Positions 11,686-20,964 of a stretch of 64,000 nt of DNA are shown here, in pieces. The translations under genes were made by a program, and so were the position numbers. How positions within the stretch are numbered: position 1 is the stretch's first letter; each line of letters starts with the position of its first letter. Under the pieces are notes generated by a model. It did no database searches and was not told where the DNA came from. It saw only the letters and a list, made by a program, of their open reading frames with translations. Source of the DNA: an uncultured delta proteobacterium (lineage in GTDB: Bacteria > Myxococcota_A > Polyangia > Polyangiales > Polyangiaceae); NCBI GenBank assembly GCA_963841435.1, contig CAWJCS010000005.1:704001-768000 (forward strand), read 5' to 3'.

Positions 11686-13365
11686 TCACGAAACGCGCGA
11701 GAGCAGGAGCTCGACCGCGTCACCGCCGCGGAAGCGATCGCGCCGCAAGCGACCCGCGACGAGCACGCGGCCCGCAACGGAGGCCGCCCGAGCGCCGAGC
11801 CCGGGTCCGAAGGCGGCGAGGCGCTGACTTCCTTCCACTTGGAGCTCCAGCTGCAGGTGACCACCCTGCACCTCCCTCGCGCGGAGCACGTCGGCGGTCA
11901 GCTCGAGCTCGGGCAAGGGGTTGCCCTCGCCGCACGGCTCGAGCAGCGCGAAGTCGTCGAGCACCCGCGCGAGCGTGTCGCCCGGGGCGAGCGCGACAGA
12001 GGGCCCGTGCGCGGCGGGAGCGTCGCTGGGCGGCCGGTTGCCGATCGCGGCCACGAATGCCTCCCGCAGAGCATCGAGCTCTGCCGCCGCCACCTCGAGA
12101 CCGGCCGCGGCCTGGTGCCCCCCGAAGCGCACGAGCAAGTGCTGAACCTCGGAGAGGGCGTCGTGGAGGCGGGCACCACGCGGCCCGCGGACGGAGCCCC
12201 GCCCGTGCCCGCCCTCGAAGCCGACCACGATGACCGGCCGCGCGAAGCGGTCCGCGAGCCGCCCCGCGACGATGCCCACGACGCCCTGGCTCCAGCCCTC
12301 GCGCCCGAGCACGATGGCCGGGCGTTCCGCATAGCCCCGCTCGTTCACCTCCGCGAGCGCTTCGCCGAGCATGGTGTCCTGCAGACTGCGACGCAGAGCA
12401 TTTTGCTGCTCGAGGTCACCCGCCAGGGCGTCGGCCCGCGTCGGATTGGTCTCGAGCAGGAGCTCGAGCGTGAGCGCGGGCGACCCGAGCCGTCCGGGAG
12501 CGTTCAAGCGCGGCGCGATGCGATACGACACGTCGTCGGCCGCGAGCCTCGCACCGCGCTCGATGCCGGCGAGCTCGAAGAGCGCGCGCAGCCCCGGACG
12601 CCGCCCCTCGGCGAGCACGCCGAGCCCTGCGCGCACGAGCGCGCGGTTGTCGCCCGTGAGCGGCGCCACGTCGGCGATGGTCCCGATCGCAACCAGATCG
12701 AGCACCGCCTTCAGGTCGAGCGCACGCCCGAGCTCGGCACGCACCGCTGCGCCGAGGGAAAGGGCGAGCCCGCAGGAAGCGAGCCCTTTGAAAGCGAAGC
12801 CGCAGCCTGCGCGGTGCGGATTCAAAAAAGCGAGCGCCGGCAAGGGCTCGTCGGGCACGAGGTGATGATCGATGACGATGGCCTCGAGCCCGCGCCGGCG
12901 AAGCTCCGCAAGCGCCGCATGATCGGACGAACCGCAGTCGCAGGTCACGACGAGCGTCGCCCCCGTGGCGACGATGCGCTCCACGGCGGCCGGCGAAACA
13001 CCGTAGCCGCCTTCGTAGCGCACCCCGACGAGCGGCGCGACCTCGGCACCGAGCGCACGCAAGAGCTCGGTGAGCACGGCCGTCGCGGTGATGCCGTCGC
13101 AGTCGTAGTCGCCGAATACGGCGATGCGCTCCCGCGCGCGCACGGCGCGGGCCAGACGCTCGGCTGCGACGGCACGGTCGAGCATCGCGGTCGGGGTGCT
13201 GAGCTCGGCGAGCCGCGGCGAGAGAAAGCGCCGAACGGCGTCGGGCTCGGACCAGCCCTGGCTCGTGAGCCAAGTACAGAGCGTCCGCGAGAGCTTGAGC
13301 GTTCGGCCGAGCTCGGCGGCCGGTCCGTCGAGCTCACTCGCCGCCGCGTCGCTCACCGTTGCCAT
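11686..13365 (-). CDS. recJ: Single-stranded DNA exonuclease RecJ (DHH/DHHA1)
   Basis: GDYDCDG, TCDCG, IDHH, LNP, GTIAD, PRLNAPGRL, GSVRG, FGGH..AAG. Confidence 0.95.
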   Translation of the reverse strand: MATVSDAAASELDGPAAELGRTLKLSRTLCTWLTSQGWSEPDAVRRFLSPRLAELSTPTAMLDRAVAAERLARAVRARERIAVFGDYDCDGITATAVLTELLRALGAEVAPLVGVRYEGGYGVSPAAVERIVATGATLVVTCDCGSSDHAALAELRRRGLEAIVIDHHLVPDEPLPALAFLNPHRAGCGFAFKGLASCGLALSLGAAVRAELGRALDLKAVLDLVAIGTIADVAPLTGDNRALVRAGLGVLAEGRRPGLRALFELAGIERGARLAADDVSYRIAPRLNAPGRLGSPALTLELLLETNPTRADALAGDLEQQNALRRSLQDTMLGEALAEVNERGYAERPAIVLGREGWSQGVVGIVAGRLADRFARPVIVVGFEGGHGRGSVRGPRGARLHDALSEVQHLLVRFGGHQAAAGLEVAAAELDALREAFVAAIGNRPPSDAPAAHGPSVALAPGDTLARVLDDFALLEPCGEGNPLPELELTADVLRAREVQGGHLQLELQVEGSQRLAAFGPGLGARAASVAGRVLVAGRLRRDRFRGGDAVELLLSRVS

Positions 13366-13488
13366 AGCCCTCGGTAGCGTCCCCGTGGGCAGAGGGAAAG
13401 CGGCTTCCACTCCGCCCGCGCCGGACCGAGCGCGTCTCGTGACCCTGTCCTGCAGCGCGAAGCCCCTCGCAGCGGGTTGGGCCGGGCT

Positions 13489-13887
13489 CTAGTTGAGCTC
13501 TCGGGGATCGACCTCGGGAGCGTCGAGCGGGCGAGCCACGAACACCCAGCGGACCTGGCCGTCGGCGCCGTGGATGCGCACGTGCTCCTCGGGGACGGCG
13601 AGCAGCGTCACGCGAGGGCCCGACTCCGACGGCTCGACATCGACGAGCTGCATGCCGTCGAGCACCTCGAGACCGCGCAGCGCCTCGTCCATCTCGAGGC
13701 CAGCGCGCTTGCGCACCTCCCTGAGGCCGAGCGTCCGGTCCATACCAAAGCCATCGAGCAGCGCCTGTGCGCTCTCACAGGCCGCTCGGTACTCCACCGG
13801 CATGGCCGCCCAGACCTCGGTCGGGAACGTGAGCGGCGGCGTGGACGCCTTGGCGTGCGGTGAGGCGGGAAACATGGAGGCGAACAT
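13489..13887 (-). CDS. Small hypothetical protein, possibly winged-helix-like
   Basis: Good GC3 bias; LGLREVRKRAGLEMDEALRGLEVLDGMQLVDVE resembles a wHTH; lies between secF and recJ in the same orientation. Start uncertain (13887 or 13875). Confidence 0.6.
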   Translation of the reverse strand: MFASMFPASPHAKASTPPLTFPTEVWAAMPVEYRAACESAQALLDGFGMDRTLGLREVRKRAGLEMDEALRGLEVLDGMQLVDVEPSESGPRVTLLAVPEEHVRIHGADGQVRWVFVARPLDAPEVDPRELN

Positions 13888-14008
13888 CTCATTGAAACTT
13901 AAGGTCGCCTGGCCGGGTGTCAACGGGCGCGCCAAAAGGGGGCCAAGTGGGGGCGGAATTGGGGGCGCATCGCTGAAAGTCGCCGGCGACCGCCCTCTTT
14001 CGTTCGAC

Positions 14009-15259
14009 TCAAGCCGAGGCTTCCGCGGCGCGGCGCGCTGACTTCTGCCGCCCGCCACCACGACGGCCCCCGCCCTTCTTCCCACCCTTGCCCATGCGGG
14101 CAAAGATGACCTTGTCGAACCATTCGGTGGTCGGGAGGGCGACGTAGATCGTCGAGTACGTACCGAAGACCAGCCCGATCGAGATCGACAGGGCGAAGTT
14201 CTTGAGGGTGCCCGTGCCCCAGACGAAGAACGCGAGCAAGCTCATCTGCACCGTCGCCGTCGTGAGGATCGTCCGGCCGAGCATCTCCGAGGTGCTCACG
14301 TTGATGAGCTCGCGGAACGTGGCACCGCGCAATTTTCCCAAATTTTCGCGCACGCGGTCGTAAATGACGACGGTGTCGTTCACCGAGTAGCCGATGATCG
14401 TGAGCACGGCGGCAACCGTCGTGAGGTCGATCTCGCGCTTGAGCAAGATGAGGGCGCCCACCGTCCCCGTCGCGTCGTGCACGAGGGCGACGATGCCGCC
14501 CGGTGCGAAGCGCAGATCGAAGCGGAAGGCGATGTACGCCATGATGAACACGATGGCGATGAGGATGCTCTTGACGGCGCTGTCGCGAAGCTGGGCACCC
14601 GCGCGCGGGCCGATCCACTCCGCGCGCAACGCGGTGTCGGGCGCGCGTTCGCCGAGCGCATGCTTGAGCCCCGCGAGCAGCTGATCGCCCTTGCTCATGA
14701 GCTGGATCTCGACCTTGTGGTCGCGGGCGTTCTGCACGAGCGGGTTGTTGTCGCCCGGGCGGAGCCGGATGCCGCCGACGCCGGACGCTCGCTGCTTGAT
14801 CCAGGCGAGATCGGGCGCTTGCTCGAAGCGCGCCGTGATCTTGTCGCCGCCGGGGCTGAACCGGACCTCGGTGGCCCGCCGCGCTTCGGGGCAGTCTGCC
14901 GGCGGGGCGTTGGGCCCGAAGCAGAGTGCGCGCTCGGCGGCGGCCTCGGTCTCGAGCGAGAGCGTCGAAACCTCCTGAACGCGGATCATGTAGCGCGCGG
15001 GATGCTTCGGGTCGTCGACCTTGATGACGTCGGGCGTGCTGAAACCGGCCTCTTGCACGGCATCGCGGATTTCCTGGACGCGAACGCTCCCCTTGAAGGC
15101 GAGCTCCACCTCGGTGCCACCGCGAAAGTCGGTGCCGAGCATGGCTTGACCGCTGACCAAGAGGACGATCGACCCGATCGTGATGAAGATGCTGAGCCCG
15201 ACGAATAGGCCCCGCCAACGCATGAAGTCGTAGATCTTGCCGCTGGCGAAGAAGCGCAT
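14009..15259 (-). CDS. secF: Protein translocase subunit SecF
   Basis: LGTDFRGG, IGP..G.QL, ALVHD, GYSVNDTVVIYDRVREN, RTILT. Confidence 0.97.
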   Translation of the reverse strand: MRFFASGKIYDFMRWRGLFVGLSIFITIGSIVLLVSGQAMLGTDFRGGTEVELAFKGSVRVQEIRDAVQEAGFSTPDVIKVDDPKHPARYMIRVQEVSTLSLETEAAAERALCFGPNAPPADCPEARRATEVRFSPGGDKITARFEQAPDLAWIKQRASGVGGIRLRPGDNNPLVQNARDHKVEIQLMSKGDQLLAGLKHALGERAPDTALRAEWIGPRAGAQLRDSAVKSILIAIVFIMAYIAFRFDLRFAPGGIVALVHDATGTVGALILLKREIDLTTVAAVLTIIGYSVNDTVVIYDRVRENLGKLRGATFRELINVSTSEMLGRTILTTATVQMSLLAFFVWGTGTLKNFALSISIGLVFGTYSTIYVALPTTEWFDKVIFARMGKGGKKGGGRRGGGRQKSARRAAEASA

Positions 15260-15263
15260 CGTC

Positions 15264-17384
15264 CTATCCCAGCGCCAAGCGGCCCTGACGGCCGAGCAGG
15301 CGCACCCAGAGGTCGAACATGACGCGCGTCATTGCGACGCCCGTGAAGAGGCTGCACACCACGCCGACGAGCAACGTCGCGGCAAAGCCTTTGATGGGCC
15401 CCGTGCCGTACTGGGCGAGCACCACGCCCGCAATCACGCTCGTCAGGTGTCCGTCGAAGATGGCGCTGAAGGCGCGTTTGTAGCCGATTTCCACGGCCGC
15501 TCGGGCCGACTTCCCGAGATCGAGCTCCTCACGAATACGCTCGTTGATGAGCACGTTCGCGTCCACGCTCATGCCGATCGTGAGCGCGAGACCGGCGATG
15601 CCGGGCAGGGTCATCGACGCACCGAGCGAGGCGAGCACCGCAAGCTGGAGGAACAGGTTCACCACCACCGCGATGTCGGCGATGAGGCCGGCGCGCGTGT
15701 AGTAGATGACCATGAAGATCAAGACGAGCACGCCGCCGCCGAGCGCGCCCTGCACGCCGAGGTCGATGGCGTCGCGCCCGAGCGATGGCCCGATGCGCTG
15801 CTCGTTGGACGGCGAGATGGGCGCGGGCAGCGCCCCCGAGCGCAGCACCAGCTCGAGCTTGCGGGCGTCGCGCAGCTGCACCTCGGGGTCGCTCGACCCC
15901 ATACTGATTTGCGCGTGACCGCCGGGGATGCGCGTCTGGATCACCGGCGCGCTCTCCACGCGCCCGTCGAGGATGATGGCGAAGCGCCGCTTGATGTTCT
16001 CGGCGGTGATGCGCTCGAAGATGCGGCCGCCCTGTTCGGTGAAGGTGAGCGCGACGTGCCAGCCGCCCAGCGAGCCCGTCCCCTGATCCGGCTGTGCTGC
16101 AGCGTCGCGCACCAGATCGCCAGTGACCTCGGCGCGCGCCTTGAGGAGGTAGGTGCGGTAGCCGACCTCTTCCTCCTTGAGCGTGACCTCGTCGACGGTC
16201 CGCCGTTCGATCTCGAAGCCGAGCTCGCGATCGGGCGGCAGCTCGAGCGTCGATGCCCATTCTTTGAGGCGCTGGAGCGTCTGCTGGCTCGTCTCCTTCG
16301 CGCCCTTCTTCAAAAACGCGTAGGTGACCTGACGGTGCTTCACGTCGGACGACTTGTCGAGGCCGACGCTCACGGACTCCGTGTAGAATTCGAGTCCTTC
16401 GGGCAGGCTGTCGGGCGACGCCTTCTCCTGGACCGTCTTCATGTAGTCGGAATCGTCGTCGAGTAGCTTGAACTCGAGGCGCGCGGTCTGGCTGATGATG
16501 TCGCGGATGTTGGCGAAGCTCTTTTCGTCCTCGCCGGGCACCTCGATGACGATGTCCTCGTCGCGAGTCGAGACGGCCGCCTCGCGCAAACCGAGCTCAT
16601 CGACGCGGCGGTTGATGATTTCACGCGCCTGGCCCACGGCGCGCTCGCGGATGCTGCTTTCGACGCTCGAGCGGATGCGAAACTCGTAGTCTCGCCCATC
16701 CGAGCGGCGCGTGTACGAAAGCTCGCTCGTGAAGTGGGAGAGGAAGCGCTGATCGATCTTGGAGGGGTCGACGTCGGGCCCGAGCGTCAGATGGATGATG
16801 CCTGCTGGGCGGCGGGGCGCCTCGAGCGTCACCTTCTCGCGGAGCTTCTTGTACGTCTCCTCGGTCGGCCGCTCGTCACCCTGGTGCAGGCCGAGCACGC
16901 GCGTGAGCTCGAGCCGCATGTCCTCGTAGTAGTGGTCCCGCTTGTCCTTGACGGCCTCTTCAACGTCGACCGTGTAGACCAGGCGCATGCCGCCGCGAAG
17001 GTCGAGCCCCGCGACGAGCCTGAAGCTCACGTGCTCTTGGACGTAAGCGGGGCACGGGATACGGCCGCCGCTCATGCTGTGGAACGTGGGCCAGAGCGCG
17101 AAGATGCCCATCGTGACGACGGAGACGCACAGCGAGGCACGCATGCGCCAGCTCAGATCCAGCACGTCGACGGCTGCAAAGGCCGCCGTGAACGCCATCA
17201 GCCCGAGCACGACCATCGGCCAGAAGCTGGCGACCCAGGCCGCCCCGGCCGCCGAGGCCGCAAGCACCGCAGCGAGCCACAGCGCGACGCGGTGCCCACG
17301 TGCGACCCCGCCCGCCACCAGCAACCCGAAGGCGATGGCACCGAGGATGGCGGTCAGGACCTGCGACGTGTCGAGCGCGGGCAT
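15264..17384 (-). CDS. secD: Protein translocase subunit SecD with an extra hydrophobic N-terminal extension
   Basis: GLDLRGG, RRVDELG..E, AIILDG.V.SAP.I, LRSGALPA, IGPSLG, TLPGIAG..LTIGMSVDANVLINERIREE. Confidence 0.97.
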   Translation of the reverse strand: MPALDTSQVLTAILGAIAFGLLVAGGVARGHRVALWLAAVLAASAAGAAWVASFWPMVVLGLMAFTAAFAAVDVLDLSWRMRASLCVSVVTMGIFALWPTFHSMSGGRIPCPAYVQEHVSFRLVAGLDLRGGMRLVYTVDVEEAVKDKRDHYYEDMRLELTRVLGLHQGDERPTEETYKKLREKVTLEAPRRPAGIIHLTLGPDVDPSKIDQRFLSHFTSELSYTRRSDGRDYEFRIRSSVESSIRERAVGQAREIINRRVDELGLREAAVSTRDEDIVIEVPGEDEKSFANIRDIISQTARLEFKLLDDDSDYMKTVQEKASPDSLPEGLEFYTESVSVGLDKSSDVKHRQVTYAFLKKGAKETSQQTLQRLKEWASTLELPPDRELGFEIERRTVDEVTLKEEEVGYRTYLLKARAEVTGDLVRDAAAQPDQGTGSLGGWHVALTFTEQGGRIFERITAENIKRRFAIILDGRVESAPVIQTRIPGGHAQISMGSSDPEVQLRDARKLELVLRSGALPAPISPSNEQRIGPSLGRDAIDLGVQGALGGGVLVLIFMVIYYTRAGLIADIAVVVNLFLQLAVLASLGASMTLPGIAGLALTIGMSVDANVLINERIREELDLGKSARAAVEIGYKRAFSAIFDGHLTSVIAGVVLAQYGTGPIKGFAATLLVGVVCSLFTGVAMTRVMFDLWVRLLGRQGRLALG

Positions 17385-17390
17385 CGTTGC

Positions 17391-17783
17391 CTACCGCTTC
17401 TCCGCGGCGGCCTGCGTCTCGGGGCTGTCTTTGCCCAGGATACTCGAGCGAAGCACGTCGACCTTCACGCCTGGGGCGATTTCCACCTTCGCGACGCGCT
17501 CGCTCATTTCCAAAAACTTTCCGACGATCCCGCCCTGGAGCACGACGCGGTCGCCCTTGGCGAGACCGGAGAGCACTTTTTCCTGCTTCTTCTGCTGCGA
17601 CCGGCTGCTCCAGAACATGAGCAAGAGCAGCGGGGCGATCATCAGCAGCATGATCCACATGCCGCCGGGAGCCGGCTCGGACGGGGCGCCGCCGGCAGGC
17701 GCGGAGGGCTCGGGGTGGATCTCCCCCGGCTGGCGCCCGGGCGCCGGCGGAACGATCTGAGACAAGAGCGCGGCCGATGCCAA
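17391..17783 (-). CDS. yajC: Preprotein translocase subunit YajC (start uncertain)
   Basis: TM helix then QQKKQ...L.KGD.V...GGI.G; directly upstream of secD. Confidence 0.9.
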   Translation of the reverse strand: MASAALLSQIVPPAPGRQPGEIHPEPSAPAGGAPSEPAPGGMWIMLLMIAPLLLLMFWSSRSQQKKQEKVLSGLAKGDRVVLQGGIVGKFLEMSERVAKVEIAPGVKVDVLRSSILGKDSPETQAAAEKR

Positions 17784-17886
17784 GAGCGTGGGTCCGGGCT
17801 GAAAGCGCGGGGCCGGCCTATACCCAGAATCCACGACCCGCGCAAGGACGGTGGAGGCGTGCCACCAGAACGGCACCGGGCGGTGC

Positions 17887-17915
17887 TTGACAGCCCCTCG
17901 ACCGGGTTGTACTCC
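17887..17915 (+). promoter_or_regulatory. Putative sigma70 promoter for tRNA-Val/thrS
   Basis: TTGACA-N17-TACTCC, about 60 nt upstream of the tRNA; weak -10. Confidence 0.5.
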
Positions 17916-17974
17916 CTCTAGCCTGTTTTCCGGGAGATTCAGAGTTACGGCGGCCGAACGGGCCGCTGACCCGC

Positions 17975-18049
<75 letters not shown>

Positions 18050-18122
18050 CCTGGGAAGGCAGAGAAAACAACCGGATGCGCCCCCGCACGGGCCTCGCCG
18101 CCCGCTCGCGCACCACCACGGC

Positions 18123-20096
18123 ATGATCGCTGAGCCTGCGCGCAAGACGCCAGGCGAGCTGCTGAGGGAGCGCGGTCAGCTCGCCGACGACATCGTGGCC
18201 GTCCGTACGGGTGGTCGGGTCGTCGACCTGCACACGCCGGTCGCCACCGATGCCGAGCTCGTCCCGGTCCGTGCGAGCGAGCCCGACGGGCTTCGAGTGC
18301 TCAGGCACTCGGCCGCGCACGTGATGGCCGACGCCGTGCAGCGCCTCTTCCCCGGCACGCAGGTGACGATCGGCCCCGCGATCGATTCCGGCTTCTACTA
18401 CGACTTCGATCGCCCGAGCGGTCCGTTCACCGACGCCGACCTCGCGGCGATCGAAGTGGAGATGCACGCGATCATCGCGGCGAAGAAGCCCTTTTTCCGT
18501 GTCGAGGTCAGCCGCAGCGCGGCGCACGAGCTGTTCGAGGGCATGGGCGAGAAATTCAAGCTCGAGGTGCTCGACGCCATTCCGGGCGACGAGGCGATCT
18601 CGCTCTACCGCCACGGCAGCCCGGGGCGGCCGGAAGGCACCTGGGTCGATCTCTGCGAGGGCCCCCACGTGCCCGACACGGGCCACATCGGGGCCGTGAA
18701 GCTGCTTTCGGTGGCGGGCGCCTATTGGCGCGGCAGCGAGAAGAACCCGATGCTCCAGCGCATCTACGGGACGGCGTTTCCGGATCAGGCGAAGCTCGAC
18801 GAGCACCTGAAGCTGCTCGAGGAAGCGCGCGCCCGCGACCACAGAAAGCTCGGCAAGGAGCTCGAGCTCTTCATGTTCCACGAGTGGGCGCCGGGCATGC
18901 CCTTCCTCTTGCCGCGCGGCGCGGGGATCTACCACCGTCTGATCGAATATCTCCGCGGGCTCTACCTCGAGCACGGCTACGAGGAAGTGATCACCCCGCA
19001 GATCTTCGACAAGCGTCTGTTCGAAACCAGCGGCCACATCCCGAACTTCGTCGAGGGCCTCTACTTTCCGACGACGGCCGATGCCCTGCACGAGCACGGC
19101 GCCGAGCCCTTCGGCGAGGGCGCCGCCGTCGCCGAGCACGCGGCGCTCGGCTTCGGCCTCAAGCCGATGAACTGCCCTGGCCACTGTCTCCTGTTCGGGC
19201 ACCGGCGGCGCAGCTACCGTGAGCTGCCGTGGCGCGTGGCCGACTTCGGGCGGCTCCATCGCTACGAGCGCACGGGCGTGATGCACGGCCTCGCACGCGT
19301 CAGAAGCTTCTGCCAGGACGACGCGCACATCTTCTGCACCGACGATCAGATCGAGGCCGAAGCAACGTCGTTCATGCAGCTCGTGCGCGACGTCTACGCC
19401 GTGTTCGACCTGAAGCGGCTCGACATCAAGCTCGCGCTGCGCCCCGAGCATCGCATCGGGTCCGACGCGCTCTGGGACAAGGCGGAGGCGACCCTCGAGC
19501 GCGTGCTCCGTGCCGCGGACATGAGCTTCGAGACGATCGTGGGCGAAGGCGCCTTCTACGGCCCCAAGATCGAGTTCCACGTCGTTGACGCGCTGGGGCG
19601 AAGCTGGCAGCTCGGCACGATTCAGCTCGACTACTTCTTGCCGGAGCGCTTCGGGCTCGACTATGTCGCGAGCGACGGCGGGCTACGCCGGCCGGCAATG
19701 CTCCACCGCGCGGTGTTCGGCTCGCTCGAGCGGTTCTTCGCGATCTACGTCGAGCACGTCGCGGGAAAGTTCCCGACCTGGCTCGCCCCCGAGCAGGCCG
19801 TGCTCGTCACCGTGAGCGAGAAGCAGGCCGAATACGCCGAGCGCGTCCGGCGCGAGCTCGCCCAGCAAGGGTTGCGCGTGAGCGTCGACGCGGGGGCGGA
19901 GAAGCTCGGCGCCAAGATCCGCACCGCGCGGCTCATGCGCCACCCGTACATCGTCGTGCTCGGCGACAAGGAAGCCGCCGCGGGGACGCTCTCGCCGCGC
20001 TCGCGCGACGAAGGCGAGCTCGGCTCCCTCGCGATTGCCGAATTTGCCGCGCGTCTGCGCGCGGAAGCCAAGCCGCCCCGTCCGGGGGCAGGGTGA
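18123..20096 (+). CDS. thrS: Threonine--tRNA ligase
   Basis: RHSAAHVMA, GPAI..GFYYDF, DLCEGPH, RDHRKLG, KPMNCPGH, GL.RVR.F.QDDAH, AFYGPK, LHRA.FGS.ERF. Confidence 0.98.
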   Translation: MIAEPARKTPGELLRERGQLADDIVAVRTGGRVVDLHTPVATDAELVPVRASEPDGLRVLRHSAAHVMADAVQRLFPGTQVTIGPAIDSGFYYDFDRPSGPFTDADLAAIEVEMHAIIAAKKPFFRVEVSRSAAHELFEGMGEKFKLEVLDAIPGDEAISLYRHGSPGRPEGTWVDLCEGPHVPDTGHIGAVKLLSVAGAYWRGSEKNPMLQRIYGTAFPDQAKLDEHLKLLEEARARDHRKLGKELELFMFHEWAPGMPFLLPRGAGIYHRLIEYLRGLYLEHGYEEVITPQIFDKRLFETSGHIPNFVEGLYFPTTADALHEHGAEPFGEGAAVAEHAALGFGLKPMNCPGHCLLFGHRRRSYRELPWRVADFGRLHRYERTGVMHGLARVRSFCQDDAHIFCTDDQIEAEATSFMQLVRDVYAVFDLKRLDIKLALRPEHRIGSDALWDKAEATLERVLRAADMSFETIVGEGAFYGPKIEFHVVDALGRSWQLGTIQLDYFLPERFGLDYVASDGGLRRPAMLHRAVFGSLERFFAIYVEHVAGKFPTWLAPEQAVLVTVSEKQAEYAERVRRELAQQGLRVSVDAGAEKLGAKIRTARLMRHPYIVVLGDKEAAAGTLSPRSRDEGELGSLAIAEFAARLRAEAKPPRPGAG

Positions 20097-20151
20097 GGCA
20101 CAAAAACCTAGCGGGCCATCCGCCCGCGGAGAGGACGAGAGCGACACGTAC

Positions 20152-20952
20152 ATGCCTGTAGCAGGAGGCCGCCGCTTCAACCGGGACCCGCGAGGGCCCC
20201 AAATTCGCATCAACCACCGGATCCGCGTGCCGGAGGTGCGGGTCGTCGCCGAGGACGGCTCGAACCTCGGCGTGCTCTCCACCGAGCAGGCGCTCAGGCG
20301 AGCCCAGGAGGTAGGCCTCGATCTCGTCGAGGTGAACCCGAAGGCAACCCCGCCCGTCTGCAAGATCCTCGATTTCGGCAAATACAAGTACGAGGAAAAG
20401 AAGCGCCAGCGCGAAGCAAAGCGCAAGCAGACGATCGTCGAGGTGAAGGAGATCAAGATCCGGCCCAAGACGGACGACCACGACCTCGACGTGAAGCTCC
20501 GAGCGGCGCGAAAGTTCGTCGAAGCCGGCAACAAGGTCAAGATCGTGTGCCGCTTCCGCGGACGCGAGATCACCCACCCCGAGCGCGCCAGGATGCAGCT
20601 CGATGCCATCATCTCCAAGATGGAGGACCTCGTTAACGTCGAGCAGCGCCCGACCATGGAGGCGCGCACGATGGCCGTGCTCGTGGCGCCGAAGCCGATC
20701 GTGTTCCAGCGCCTCGCCAGCGAGCGCGCCCAAAAGGAGCGCGAACGAGGCAAAGACCAGCCGGACGGGTTCGACTCGGGCGAGGAGCACGACGACCAGG
20801 AGCACGACGAGGAGCTCCACGACGCGGACGACGCGGACGACGCGGACGACACGGACGACACGGACGACGCGGACGGCACGGACGGCGCGGAGGCCGCAGA
20901 GGCCGCGGAGGGCACGAAAGACGGAGACGCCGCCGACGGCAACGCGAGCTGA
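20152..20952 (+). CDS. infC: Translation initiation factor IF-3 with acidic C-terminal extension
   Basis: RINHRIR..EVR, LDLVEV.P.A.PPVCKILDFGKYKY, KEIK.RP....HD, G.KVK....FRGRE; follows thrS. Confidence 0.96.
   Translation: MPVAGGRRFNRDPRGPQIRINHRIRVPEVRVVAEDGSNLGVLSTEQALRRAQEVGLDLVEVNPKATPPVCKILDFGKYKYEEKKRQREAKRKQTIVEVKEIKIRPKTDDHDLDVKLRAARKFVEAGNKVKIVCRFRGREITHPERARMQLDAIISKMEDLVNVEQRPTMEARTMAVLVAPKPIVFQRLASERAQKERERGKDQPDGFDSGEEHDDQEHDEELHDADDADDADDTDDTDDADGTDGAEAAEAAEGTKDGDAADGNAS
20821..20890 (+). repeat. 9-bp tandem repeat (GACGCGGAC/GACACGGAC variants) encoding the DAD/DTD tract of the IF-3 tail
   Basis: gacgcggac gacgcggac gacgcggac gacacggac gacacggac gacgcggac ggcacggac... seen directly. 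Confidence 0.9.
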
Positions 20953-20964
20953 GCGCTCGCGCGC

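Noticed and set aside
20821-20890. CRISPR-like or mobile repeat array
   Set aside because: The repeats are contiguous in-frame 9-mers without spacers, and there are no cas genes.
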